Part shown: positions 1 through 9,247 of the stretch, piece after piece
Position numbering within the stretch: the first letter of the stretch is position 1
Layout: every line of letters begins with the position of its first letter
From: a virus
Taxonomy: Duplodnaviria; Caudoviricetes
Length of the DNA: 64,000 nucleotides
IMG/VR virus record: IMGVR_UViG_3300035498_000356
Coordinates: 32,001 to 96,000 of that record
Strand: one strand, 5' to 3'
Program-made: the position numbers and the translations under genes
Notes under the pieces: model-generated
Told to the model about the DNA's origin: nothing
What the model saw: only the letters and a program-made list of their open reading frames with translations
Database searches by the model: none

Positions 1-1770
1 AATAATAATGATGCATCTAGGCCTGAATATGAATTTACAATAACAGCTCCGAGAGTTTAGAAAGATAATAATTCTAGTAATTCCAGTGATCCTATTGTTC
101 AAGGTATTCTTAATGGAGAATATAACGGAATTAAATTTGAACCAACACAACAGAATGTTTAGCATTATTTAGATTTATATAATTCAGATAAAGAAGTTGG
201 TAATAAATTTAGCGGTAAAGAATATGCTAAATTAGCTGGAATAATAGGAGCTGGAGCATTGGCGGCATATGGAGGAGCATATGCATTAAGCACACTTCCC
301 TAGTGGGGACCTACAGCAGGAAGATTGTTTTCTAAATATGTAGCTGCTCCTACTGCTGCTGGAGAAACATTTGATTTAGTCACAAGACCTTTATTAGGAG
401 GTTAGACTACATCCGAATTAGCAAGCAATTATTTACAAAGACGTGGATGGAATTAGACACTTGCTGATGTAACTGGTTCATTTACAAATCCTGGTTATTG
501 GATTAATTTTGGAGGTACTGGTAGATATACAGCTCCATTATTTAATAAAATTGGATTAGGTTTAGAAAAAGAATTTTTAACTCCAGAAATGGAATAGTTT
601 GTTAAAAGTAATTTACCTAAAGGTAATTTGTTAAAAGGTGAGTTTTAGACTAGAGTTTCTGAACCAGTTGTAAATTCTAATAATAATAATTTTATTAGTA
701 ATTCTAGTAAATTATCATTTGCAGAACGAATAGGATTACCTAAACAAGATAGAAATAATTTAAATAAACTTCAAAAAGATGCTCTTGATGATTTAGAGCA
801 ATATATTAACTCAGGATAGCACAGATAGACGCCTTATGTTGATGAAGTTACAGGAGCATTTCATTGGGGGAATAAAAATGAAAATATTCCAGCAATTAAA
901 ATTTTAATGGAAAAAGGAGTGCCTAATAGAAATGGTAAATTTAATTGGAGATCACCTTACGGCGGACAATATGCTCTTGATGAAAATATGTTATTTGCAG
1001 AATATTCTCCACATTCAATGTTTGAATTAATTCCTGAATTTAGAATTAGATTAGGTGAAGCAAGTTCAACAACAGGAAAATATGGATATAGAAAACTATA
1101 TTTAACATCTCCAAAGGTTGATGCATAGACTTTAATTACCAAAAACGCAGAAGAAGAATTATTAAAATAGAAATTAATACAAGAATCTTCTCCACGAATA
1201 GACAAAAACATAATGAAATCTTTTTGGATAGGAATAAATGATACTACAAAACCTGGTACATATATTTCAGGTGATGAAGGATCGCTTCCATTAGGATATT
1301 TTTTAATTGATGCATATAAAAGTATGCTTAAGGATAAATCGTTTGACAGAGATAATTTTGGAAATATAATTGGACATTCGAGAAAAAATTTTATAGATAT
1401 TGTAAATACATTAAATAGACCATTTAAATGGAAAGCTAGAATTGACGGATTATCTACAGATTCATATTTAGCGTTATTAAAATAGGCTGCAAGAGAAAAT
1501 AGTCCTTACGAATTAAGATATTCTCTTGACGGATTTACAACATTTAATAATTAGAGTATAGATAATAAATTTATTTCAGATTTATTAGAAAAAACTAAAT
1601 CTGGAGAAGCTACGCAAGAAGAATTTTTAAATGCATTCCATGATTGGGTCGCTCCTTACAATGGAATGGATGCAAAAATAGTTAATGGAGAAATTGTAAT
1701 TCCTCATCCATTTTTATATAAACGCAAGAAAGGTGGAAAATTAAACAATAAAGTAAATGCAACCTCTTGA
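1..1770 (+). CDS. Recoded (TAG=Gln) virion/cargo-type protein, 5'-partial
   Basis: Frame 1 is open from base 1 to TGA 1768-1770 if about 13 TAGs are read through, which joins track fragments 907-1128 and 1213-1485. It has an Ala/Gly-rich hydrophobic segment and a C-terminal KKGGKL motif common in crAss-like structural genes. Confidence 0.8.
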
Positions 1771-2017
1771 AGTACGCCAAGCTAATAGAGCTTTATTAAG
1801 AGCGGCTAAAACTAAATGTGAGATATGTGGTGAGTCAGACTACTGTTGTTTAGAGATGCATCATAAAGAGAATAAACAATATAACATATCTAAAGCAGTA
1901 TAGAATATACCTACTAGATTATTTAAGAAAGAATTATCTAAATGTTTTTGTTGTTGTTCTAACTGTCATAAGAAGTTACATAATAAATCAATAATGCCGG
2001 CCTAGGAGAAATCCTAA
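1757..2017 (+). CDS. Small HNH endonuclease (TAG-recoded)
   Basis: MQPLEVR...KCEICGESDYCCLEMHH...CCSNCHKKLH shows a CxxC/HH/CxxCH HNH signature; 2 in-frame TAG; ends at TAA 2015-2017. Confidence 0.8.
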
Positions 2018-2030
2018 GTCGGCATTATTT
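1990..2030. terminator. Bidirectional intrinsic terminator
   Basis: aataatgccggcctagg-agaaa-tcctaagtcggcattattt hairpin with A/T flanks, between convergent gene blocks. Confidence 0.75.
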
Positions 2031-2082
2031 TATATAAATATCATATGTAGGGAGATTTATTAATATCTATAATATTAGCGAT

Positions 2083-2271
2083 TTAATATTTAACACTTTC
2101 ATAATTAATTTCGTCTAAAAAATTTAGAAAGAATTGTTCATTAGTTAATCCTGCTTCTTCAACAGAATGTATGTAAGCCTTAAGCGTTAATAGAATAGTT
2201 TGACCCATACTATATAATCTATTCTTTTCATTATCATATTGTCCTTGTTTGATTCCAGAAATCTTCTGCAT
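2083..2271 (-). CDS. Hypothetical protein
   Basis: ORF track; in the minus-strand operon. Confidence 0.6.
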   Translation of the reverse strand: MQKISGIKQGQYDNEKNRLYSMGQTILLTLKAYIHSVEEAGLTNEQFFLNFLDEINYESVKY

Positions 2272-2275
2272 TTTT

Positions 2276-2578
2276 TTAAGATTCTAATTCATACACTCTG
2301 TTATTTACATAATACTTTTGTTTTTTAATGTCAGATAAAAAAGTATCATATTTGTTATTAGGATTTCTATATCTATACCATTTAAGAGTATATTCTTCAT
2401 TCGGAATATACTCTTTTTTATTTCCTCCTGTTAATTCAACAAATCTATTTTCTAATTTGTCATTATCTACTTCCTCAATTATTTCAATATCAGACTTATT
2501 TAATTTAAGTCGTTTTAATTTCTTATCAAGATTGTTTGCTTGATATAATTTATTATTATATTTAAATATTGTTCCCAT
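2276..2578 (-). CDS. Hypothetical protein
   Basis: ORF track; its ATG directly follows the suppressor tRNA 3' end. Confidence 0.7.
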   Translation of the reverse strand: MGTIFKYNNKLYQANNLDKKLKRLKLNKSDIEIIEEVDNDKLENRFVELTGGNKKEYIPNEEYTLKWYRYRNPNNKYDTFLSDIKKQKYYVNNRVYELES

Positions 2579-2650
2579 GTTCCCAAACCAGGATTCGAAC
2601 CCGGACTAAAGGATTTAGAGTCCCCTTTGCTACCATTACAACATTCGGGA
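2579..2650 (-). tRNA. Amber suppressor tRNA (anticodon CTA), tRNA-Gln-like
   Basis: Reverse complement reads TCCCGAA TG TTGTAATGGTAGCAA A GGGGA CT-CTA-AA TCCTT TAGT CCGGG TTCGAAT CCTGG TTTGGGA. The D arm resembles that of tRNA-Gln(TTG) at 12996. Confidence 0.92.
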
Positions 2651-2665
2651 AAAAGAAGTACAGTA

Positions 2666-3061
2666 TTACTGTACTTCAAATCTTTCTTTTAGTTTAACTA
2701 AATTTTTTATACGTTCGTCTATAACGCTATTTATTTCATCGTATATAATATCAAGAGCTTCCTGAATATCTTCGGAATCTTCTTTTGTGATATTATCTTT
2801 ATTTATAAGCTCATCAAGCTTACAGAAATCAAGTTGATCTTCAAGTCGTTCAGCTACTTCGATAAATGTATCATCATCAAGAGCTTTAATATCTTCTTTG
2901 TATTTATTAATGACTTTCTTAATAGGACATTCAGTTATCTCAACTTCTTTATCATTAATAAGCAACTTTTTCTTACCATTGACGTCTGAAAACTAAATAG
3001 TTACAGCATCTTCTAATTCTAAATTCGTAAGTAGATTAAATAATTCTTTTAAAATATCCAT
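2666..3061 (-). CDS. Hypothetical acidic protein with one in-frame TAG
   Basis: ATG at 3061 gives MDILKELFNLLTNLELEDAVTI*FSDVNGKKKLLINDK..., in frame with track ORF 2666-2965. Confidence 0.75.
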
Positions 3062-3086
3062 AAACTTTTAATTTTTAATTACATAG

Positions 3087-3118
3087 CAAATATAATGATT
3101 CTGAAATTATTATCCAAA
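3087..3118 (-). promoter_or_regulatory. Bacteroidetes housekeeping-sigma promoter (TTTG-N20-TATATTTG)
   Basis: Exact -33/-7 consensus on the minus strand, upstream of the suppressor-tRNA operon. Confidence 0.75.
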
Positions 3119-3128
3119 CATAGAATAG

Positions 3129-3872
3129 TTAAAAGATGTTAAATGATTCTACATCTTCAGAATTAACTTGTTTAAGAAGCTGTTTAACTAATTTAGTAAG
3201 ATTAGCAACTTCTTTCTTTTGTTCTTCGCGTTCTTGTAAGAGTGTTTGTATGTCAGCAGTATTTTTATCTATCTGTTGTTTGTGATTTTTAAGAACCCAA
3301 ATTATTCCTTGCTCTACTTCTGTAAGATGATAAATTTTCTCTCTAACTGCGATTCCCGTTTCGGAATCATGTTTGCTAGTTTTGACTATATTGAGAAGAT
3401 TCTTCTTTTCTAATGATTTATCACATTTATAAATAGTCTTCTCAGGCATATTTATAAGTGAAGATAATTCAGCATTAGAAAGTGAAATCTTTCCATAGTC
3501 TTCAACATCTGTATACATGTATTGTTGAGAAGCTACTAGATACGCTTTTTCTGTAAAGGTGAGATCTTTATTATCTAAGAATTCATAACTAAAAGATTCA
3601 AATTTATCCCACTTTAAAAATCTATATATGTTAGACCTTCCTTTCTTATAAACATATAGGTATCCAGATTCCGTCAAGTTGTCAATACATTTTCTAATTG
3701 TAGGGATTGATGCTCCAGATACTTCACTAATTTTTGATAATGATGGAAATGCTTCTTTAGTTTCCGAATTCATAAATCTTTTTATAGAAAGATAGATTAG
3801 TAAATCTTGTGGAGTCAAATCCAGGGTCATATTGTTCGGCAATTGCACATGCCGCATACTTTTATTGTTCAT
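3129..3872 (-). CDS. Replication-initiator-like winged-HTH protein
   Basis: N-terminal AFPSLSKISEVSGASIPTIRKCIDNL (HTH_36/RepA-N-like), a second HTH-like repeat and a coiled-coil tail; adjacent to iterons. Confidence 0.7.
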   Translation of the reverse strand: MNNKSMRHVQLPNNMTLDLTPQDLLIYLSIKRFMNSETKEAFPSLSKISEVSGASIPTIRKCIDNLTESGYLYVYKKGRSNIYRFLKWDKFESFSYEFLDNKDLTFTEKAYLVASQQYMYTDVEDYGKISLSNAELSSLINMPEKTIYKCDKSLEKKNLLNIVKTSKHDSETGIAVREKIYHLTEVEQGIIWVLKNHKQQIDKNTADIQTLLQEREEQKKEVANLTKLVKQLLKQVNSEDVESFNIF

Positions 3873-3876
3873 AATG

Positions 3877-3908
3877 CAAATATAAGCATTATTTTGTTAA
3901 GTTCCAAA
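3877..3908 (-). promoter_or_regulatory. Bacteroidetes promoter (TTTG-N20-TATATTTG) for the Rep-like gene
   Basis: Consensus match; the -7 element lies 4 nt upstream of the ATG, so the mRNA is probably leaderless. Confidence 0.7.
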
Positions 3909-3927
3909 ATTTTGAAACATTTTTGAA

Positions 3928-4025
3928 TTCTCTCATTTTTCACATTCATTCTCTCAGATTGCACGATCGTTCTCTCAGATTGCATCTAACTATACTTAAT
4001 ACTATACTTAATAACTATACTTAAT
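3928..4025. repeat. Iteron-like direct repeats (putative origin)
   Basis: TTCTCTCA(GATTGCA) at 3928, 3949 and 3970 (21-bp period), then ACTATACTTAAT at 3989, 4001 and 4014, followed by a T-rich tract. Confidence 0.7.
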
Positions 4026-4299
4026 AGGGATTGAATATTTTTTGTATAAATTTTGTATAAATGAATTTTTAAAAATTTTTTTATTTTTTTTGATGGGGGG
4101 ATTGATTTTTTATTTTTTTTTTTGATGAATGGGGGAGTAGTCGTAGGGCGTGGTGCCCCCGCTCTACTCGTTGGGAAATCGGAATTGCTATCGCAATTCC
4201 ATTCCCAACAAAAATAAAAACACTAGCAACCTTATAACAAGTTACATTCCCGTAGGCATTGAAAAGATAGATGCCATAAGTCATTAATTAATTAAAGCT

Positions 4300-4893
4300 A
4301 TGTTACAATTGACAGAAGGCGCCCGCTGCCACAAAAGCGGAAGAAAATCCTCGACAATCAACCTCGTCGAGGGTCAGGCCTACTGCATCATCGCAGTGGG
4401 CGAGTTTTCATTTAGGCAGGATGGGAAAACAATTCTGTTTAATAAGGTGATCTTAGGAGTCCTCGACTCCGAGAGTCACCTTGTAAACGTGACCGATGAG
4501 AATCGGTCGAAGTTCATCGCCGAACACAAGACGGCGGTGAACCCGTCAAATGGTCAGTATGAAACTGTCTCCAACGTGGGCAGTTTCATCACGCTGTACA
4601 CCAACAGCGTGATGAAGTCCGGTCTCAACGAAGAGGCCGGGCTCTTCGAAAACTACTCCGACCTGTACGGGGTAGTTTTTGAAGTAGTTTCCGTTCAAGG
4701 ACGCACAGTCCTTGAAAAAGGAACTACTAAGACCTCTACCTTTATAAAGGCAGAGGTTTTAAATAAAAAGCTGTCAGTCGCAGAGATTGCGACTGACGCA
4801 GTAAAGGAACTTATTAATACGCAATACCCCAAGAACTCAATTTGGGGATTGGAAGGTAAGTTCTCTAGGATCATTCCTGCTAAGAAGCAGTGA
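4300..4893 (+). CDS. Early hypothetical protein (MLQL start)
   Basis: 197-aa ORF, GC-richer than the rest of the window. Confidence 0.8.
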   Translation: MLQLTEGARCHKSGRKSSTINLVEGQAYCIIAVGEFSFRQDGKTILFNKVILGVLDSESHLVNVTDENRSKFIAEHKTAVNPSNGQYETVSNVGSFITLYTNSVMKSGLNEEAGLFENYSDLYGVVFEVVSVQGRTVLEKGTTKTSTFIKAEVLNKKLSVAEIATDAVKELINTQYPKNSIWGLEGKFSRIIPAKKQ

Positions 4894-4961
4894 TGATCCA
4901 TCATAGTAACAGTTGCGTAGAGATACGCGACTGTTACTATTCTCTCCTCATGACTCTAATT

Positions 4962-5000
4962 AAAAATATCCTATCGCCACCGTGCGGTAGGATATTTTTT
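4962..5000 (+). terminator. Intrinsic terminator
   Basis: aaaaatatcctatcgc...gcggtaggatatttttt hairpin; a second long hairpin lies at 4903-4940. Confidence 0.6.
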
Positions 5001-5114
5001 CTCCGCCATATCTACGCGAAAAACCCCAACCGAAACCCCAACCACTAGCCAAATGTATATCAAGTTACACTAGATGAACGTATAACAAAATTAATCACTA
5101 AATTTTTTAAGATT

Positions 5115-5702
5115 ATGTTACAGTTATTGAACGAAAATGATCAGACTGCATACGATGCAGTCGTAGCTGGTTGCAAAGCCACAGGTGATAAGGCTATAGG
5201 CGCTATTACCAAGACGAGTAAGTCGTCAGAAGGTAATAACTTTGAAGTAGGAGACAGGATTTACTTTCCGTCTCCATTACAGGCATTCGAGACTAAAATT
5301 GGAAATAGCTCTTATCCTGCTTATTATTATCTTGTTAAGGTGGTCAATAGCGGGAATACAACTTTCAAGAAGTTCTTCCCGAATTCACTCGGCAGGCGAA
5401 TTCGTCTCGTCAAGCTTGATGATTCAGGTCAAGTTGTTGACCCGATGAAGGTCGAGTTTGTAGGTGCGCGTGGCACCGCTGCTGATGAATACGGTAAACA
5501 CGTTGGCCAGCGCATTTGCGACTTCTTCGAGCAGATGGTAAGTGAGCATGGTGGAATCTTTGTCTCTGGTAAGGAAGCCATTCACACTTATCATTATGGT
5601 ACTTCTGATGTCGAACCTGCTTCCCTTTACACATGGGACTGGTTCGAAGAGGAACCTTCCGAAGAGAAGCCTACTACCAGCAGAAGAGGGAATGCTAGAT
5701 GA
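5115..5702 (+). CDS. Early hypothetical protein (MLQL start)
   Basis: 195-aa ORF with typical coding bias. Confidence 0.8.
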   Translation: MLQLLNENDQTAYDAVVAGCKATGDKAIGAITKTSKSSEGNNFEVGDRIYFPSPLQAFETKIGNSSYPAYYYLVKVVNSGNTTFKKFFPNSLGRRIRLVKLDDSGQVVDPMKVEFVGARGTAADEYGKHVGQRICDFFEQMVSEHGGIFVSGKEAIHTYHYGTSDVEPASLYTWDWFEEEPSEEKPTTSRRGNAR

Positions 5703-5899
5703 TTCTAGTATCCCTCGCCAGGCGGCACAGTGATACTCATCTTGTTTCAGAGCAAGGTGAGTATTACCGTGTTTCCAATGCTGATCGGCTAGAGGATGGT
5801 TACTGGTACTATGTAGAATTGCTTGGTATTCCTGGTAATAGGAGTATCCGCAGAGTTCTGTGTTGCATGCCAGTGACTGTTACTGGCCAGCCTCGTTGA
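5699..5899 (+). CDS. Hypothetical protein
   Basis: ATGA overlap with the upstream gene. Confidence 0.55.
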   Translation: MILVSLARRHSDTHLVSEQGEYYRVSNADRLEDGYWYYVELLGIPGNRSIRRVLCCMPVTVTGQPR

Positions 5900-6131
5900 A
5901 ATTTTGATATGACTGAGCGGTGAAGGATAAGAATAGGAGCGGTACATCCCTCTCCCACCTCTAATCTTACCGCTCAGTCACTATCATTTTCAATTTTAGC
6001 GACATCCTATAACATGATCCGTTATACGTCATTGAGCATATATGTTCAATTCTAAACGTGAATTTCGCATGACATTTGATATTTAAGTTAATAATTAAAT
6101 GCAGATTTGGTACGTGAGTATAGAGTCTGCA

Positions 6132-6182
6132 CTGTCGTGTCATAAGGCACCTGATGAGTCGCTGAAAATTGCGACGAAACAG
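6132..6182 (+). ncRNA. Hammerhead ribozyme, type III
   Basis: CTGTC | GTGTC-ataa-GGCAC (stem I) CTGATGA GTCGC-tgaaaatt-GCGAC (stem II) GAAACAG (stem III). Core complete; GUC cleavage predicted after 6136. Confidence 0.85.
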
Positions 6183-6705
6183 CATTATTTTTAGCCTTAC
6201 TGTCTCTTCCAGATGCTAAGCCATATACTTAATTCCGAGTATATGAATATGGAAGTGAGGACCTATTATACAATTAGCTGCATGTATAGTAGGTCCAATA
6301 TAAAAAATTACGAAATTTAAAAAAAGGGATGAAGGGGAAATGTTCATTTTTTGTATTTCACGGTAATTTACGTAAGTCGGCACCTCCGTTTAAGATAGTT
6401 TGTGGAGGATTTCAAACGGCATCTAGCAGCTGAGATGTTTAGTAGAAATGGAAATAACATAATATCAGTCTGATCAACTGTAAAAGTTATAGAGCCTGCA
6501 AGTAATTAAAACTATTTAGAGATAGGTATACATGTCTCTGAACACTCGCATAGATAGGTGGATTTGGTCAATCTGCATCTAGACTATCTATGTGAGTGCT
6601 ACCGACCATTTTAAACCAACAGCCTGCATGTCCAAAGTAGCAGCCTATCAATAAGATAGATTGGTGATGGGAAGAAATTTAGATTAATCATTAAAACCGA
6701 AAGAA

Positions 6706-6915
6706 ATGAAAAAAGACACAACAAACCATTTCTGGGTTGCCAGAAATGAAGACGGAAGGTTATTCATGTATAATGCTAAACCCATTCGCATAGATAACGA
6801 ATTTAGTCCTGAATATCCAGGAGTAGCAGTATGGGGACTGTCTAAATTCGATTTTCCATCTGTTACATGGGAAAACTCTCCGAAGCAAGTCAAAGTTACA
6901 TTGTTAGGCAAATAA
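6706..6915 (+). CDS. Hypothetical protein (WVARNEDG-type small phage protein)
   Basis: ORF track; A-rich leader. Confidence 0.7.
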   Translation: MKKDTTNHFWVARNEDGRLFMYNAKPIRIDNEFSPEYPGVAVWGLSKFDFPSVTWENSPKQVKVTLLGK

Positions 6916-6926
6916 AAAGTAAAATT

Positions 6927-7157
6927 ATGACTATTTATAACATAACAACGGTAAATGCTAAAGGAGTACATACCAAATCATTTTTGACAGAGGAAGAAGC
7001 ACGCAAATATTTTAATACGCGTGTTTCTAACATATCTAGATGTGAAAATGTTGCAAAATTTGAAAAGGTATCTGAAAACCTTTTCAAATTTGAAGTAATG
7101 TATTATCCAAAAGATGAAGCAGTTAATTTTATGTCATTGACTGCATCTGAACTTTAA
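6927..7157 (+). CDS. Hypothetical protein
   Basis: Internal ATG of track ORF 6867-7157, preceded by an A-rich leader. Confidence 0.65.
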   Translation: MTIYNITTVNAKGVHTKSFLTEEEARKYFNTRVSNISRCENVAKFEKVSENLFKFEVMYYPKDEAVNFMSLTASEL

Positions 7158-7163
7158 AGACAG

Positions 7164-7230
7164 CCAGGAGTCTATAAAATAATCTCTGATGAGACTGGAC
7201 GAAACACTATCTTATGATAGTGTCAGATTA
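7164..7230 (+). ncRNA. Hammerhead ribozyme, type I with minimal stem II and pseudoknot
   Basis: TAATCT CTGATGA GactggaC GAAA CACTATC-ttat-GATAGTG TC | AGATTA. Loop-II CTGG can pair with CCAG at 7164-7167; cleavage predicted after 7224. Confidence 0.85.
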
Positions 7231-7599
7231 ACAGTATTGGATAGTTTAAGTTCTCTCAGAAATGGGAGAACTCACTTTTTGTGTGTTAGAAACCATACTT
7301 GACAGATAGCTAGTCAATAGATGTTTCGACTTTCACTTTGTGAAAGTGTATTTGTACGGGATGTAGCTATCAGGTTATTCACATTAACCTAACGACTCTA
7401 CGAGGAGAGAATAGTAAGTGATAAAGGCTCCTCACTTTTTTTGTGTTACGAGGTTGAAAATCCTCATTATATATGGCAGGAATACGTTCTTGCTATATAT
7501 AATAAAATCTCTCATTATAGACAATACCTTGACGTGGTATGGGAGCTTTAAAAACTAAAATTGTCTGAATCACAAGTTAAACCATTAAATCACAAAAAA

Positions 7600-7755
7600 A
7601 TGAAGGCATGTGAACTTAAATCAGGATACCTGGTATGTCACAATGATGACATTGTACGTTTATATGACAATCTTGAGGAAGCCCAAGAGCATATAGCATA
7701 CCATAAAGGTAGCAACGACTGGAACATTCTTTACATCACAGTTAAGAATGCATAA
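7600..7755 (+). CDS. Hypothetical protein
   Basis: ATG at 7600 inside track ORF 7561-7755. Confidence 0.55.
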   Translation: MKACELKSGYLVCHNDDIVRLYDNLEEAQEHIAYHKGSNDWNILYITVKNA

Positions 7756-7881
7756 TATTACAGTTCTACTCTTCTCCTGTTAAGGTGCAAAACCAGAATT
7801 AAATAGAAGAGCGTTTTAAATCGAGAATATTATGGCGACTCGGAAAGACGAGTATTTTTTATTCACTAAACCTAAACAACT

Positions 7882-8361
7882 ATGTTCGAAGGAAAAACAG
7901 TAGATATTGAGAATATCTCAATGTATCAGCCAGAATTAGCTGATGCAATTCTCAATATTAAAGAGACCAATGAGGTCTATACGTATGATCATAAAGATCT
8001 TGATTTTATCAAAGATCTTATTAATGATCGTATGTACCATTGTCAGAGTGAACTTCAACAACATATTGATACTGCTGAAAGAAATGGCAATTTCATTTAC
8101 TATCGAGTAGATGATGAGATTCGCCACTTCTCAATTCCAGTATATGAGATGATGTTGAAATGGATAACCAGTCTTATGGATAGATGTCAAATAACGGCAT
8201 CTGACCTTAATCAAGGGATAGTACAGCAGGCATTGCGTCAGCTGTTCTATGAAGTAAGATACGGAATCTATGTTAACAATGACGACAAGTCTGTAGATGA
8301 GAAATTTACAATCTTGTCAGACTTAATGATAATTTGTTCACCATATTCACAGAACTGCTAG
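7882..8361 (+). CDS. Hypothetical protein
   Basis: 159-aa ORF ending in TAG. Confidence 0.75.
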   Translation: MFEGKTVDIENISMYQPELADAILNIKETNEVYTYDHKDLDFIKDLINDRMYHCQSELQQHIDTAERNGNFIYYRVDDEIRHFSIPVYEMMLKWITSLMDRCQITASDLNQGIVQQALRQLFYEVRYGIYVNNDDKSVDEKFTILSDLMIICSPYSQNC

Positions 8362-8394
8362 AAATAGCGGTTCTGTGAACTTAAAACTAACATT

Positions 8395-8709
8395 ATGGTA
8401 CTTATAGACACTCAACGCTTCTTTAACGACTTCGCCCAGTTAATTACTGGACATACTTCCAATTGTGTTCAAGCTGTATTACAGATACAAACTGTTGGTA
8501 TTTTCCATAGATGTACTGTATACAAAGCGACATTTGAACACGAGTGTGGAATCTTTTCAATGGCAGTATTCGAGGTTTCATTCAATGGACACCTATCATT
8601 CGTATATATTGATAATGGACTTACTTATCAATATATTGATGGCAACGTGACCAGAGTGAACAATTCTCGTAGTGACATTTATAAGAGAATAATCGAAGAA
8701 AATCAATGA
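8395..8709 (+). CDS. Hypothetical protein
   Basis: ORF track. Confidence 0.7.
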   Translation: MVLIDTQRFFNDFAQLITGHTSNCVQAVLQIQTVGIFHRCTVYKATFEHECGIFSMAVFEVSFNGHLSFVYIDNGLTYQYIDGNVTRVNNSRSDIYKRIIEENQ

Positions 8710-8912
8710 TTATGGATGCACTGATAATCGCACTTTGGTTCATCATCCCAATCGTTCTCAACTTTGATTACGATGGTCTTAAAAAGGATGATGAGTAAGA
8801 AATATATCGTTGTAGACTCCGTGGGTGCATACCTGCGGAGTTTCTGCACATACAACGAAGCACTAACATTTAAAGTCAGTAGGTGCAGGACTGACTGGAA
8901 GATAAAAACAAT

Positions 8913-9245
8913 ATGAATCTTTACAAATTCAACCATGAGATTTACATTGAAAAAGCAAATGCAAGTCTCCCGTTCACCAAAATTATTTCAGGTATATTTT
9001 GGAGAAACAGACAATTAGTTCCATTAAACAGTTGTCTTAATACAGCACGTGTAGTTGCAAGAGATCTTACATCAATAGACTTTGTACTTTTAACAGCAAA
9101 TTGTCTTACGAATCTTCAAACTATTATATTACATTACTTCCCAGATGTAAATTTTGATGAAGTAGTAATACGTAGTGAAAATGATAGAGTTAAGGTTTAC
9201 ATCCCTAACTTAAAATTATACGAAGTAAAGGAAGAGGAGGATTAG
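8913..9245 (+). CDS. Hypothetical protein (paralog family A)
   Basis: LYKFNHEIYI...LVPL motif shared with 9689 and 15243. Confidence 0.7.
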   Translation: MNLYKFNHEIYIEKANASLPFTKIISGIFWRNRQLVPLNSCLNTARVVARDLTSIDFVLLTANCLTNLQTIILHYFPDVNFDEVVIRSENDRVKVYIPNLKLYEVKEEED

Positions 9246-9247
9246 AT

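Noticed and set aside
907-1485. Track ORFs 907-1128 and 1213-1485 as separate genes (likewise 24711, 25656, 50229)
   Set aside because: They are fragments of longer TAG-recoded frames.
2500-2580. Theta (HDV-like) ribozyme after the suppressor tRNA
   Set aside because: The tRNA 3' end runs straight into an ATG and AT-rich coding sequence; no nested pseudoknot is visible.
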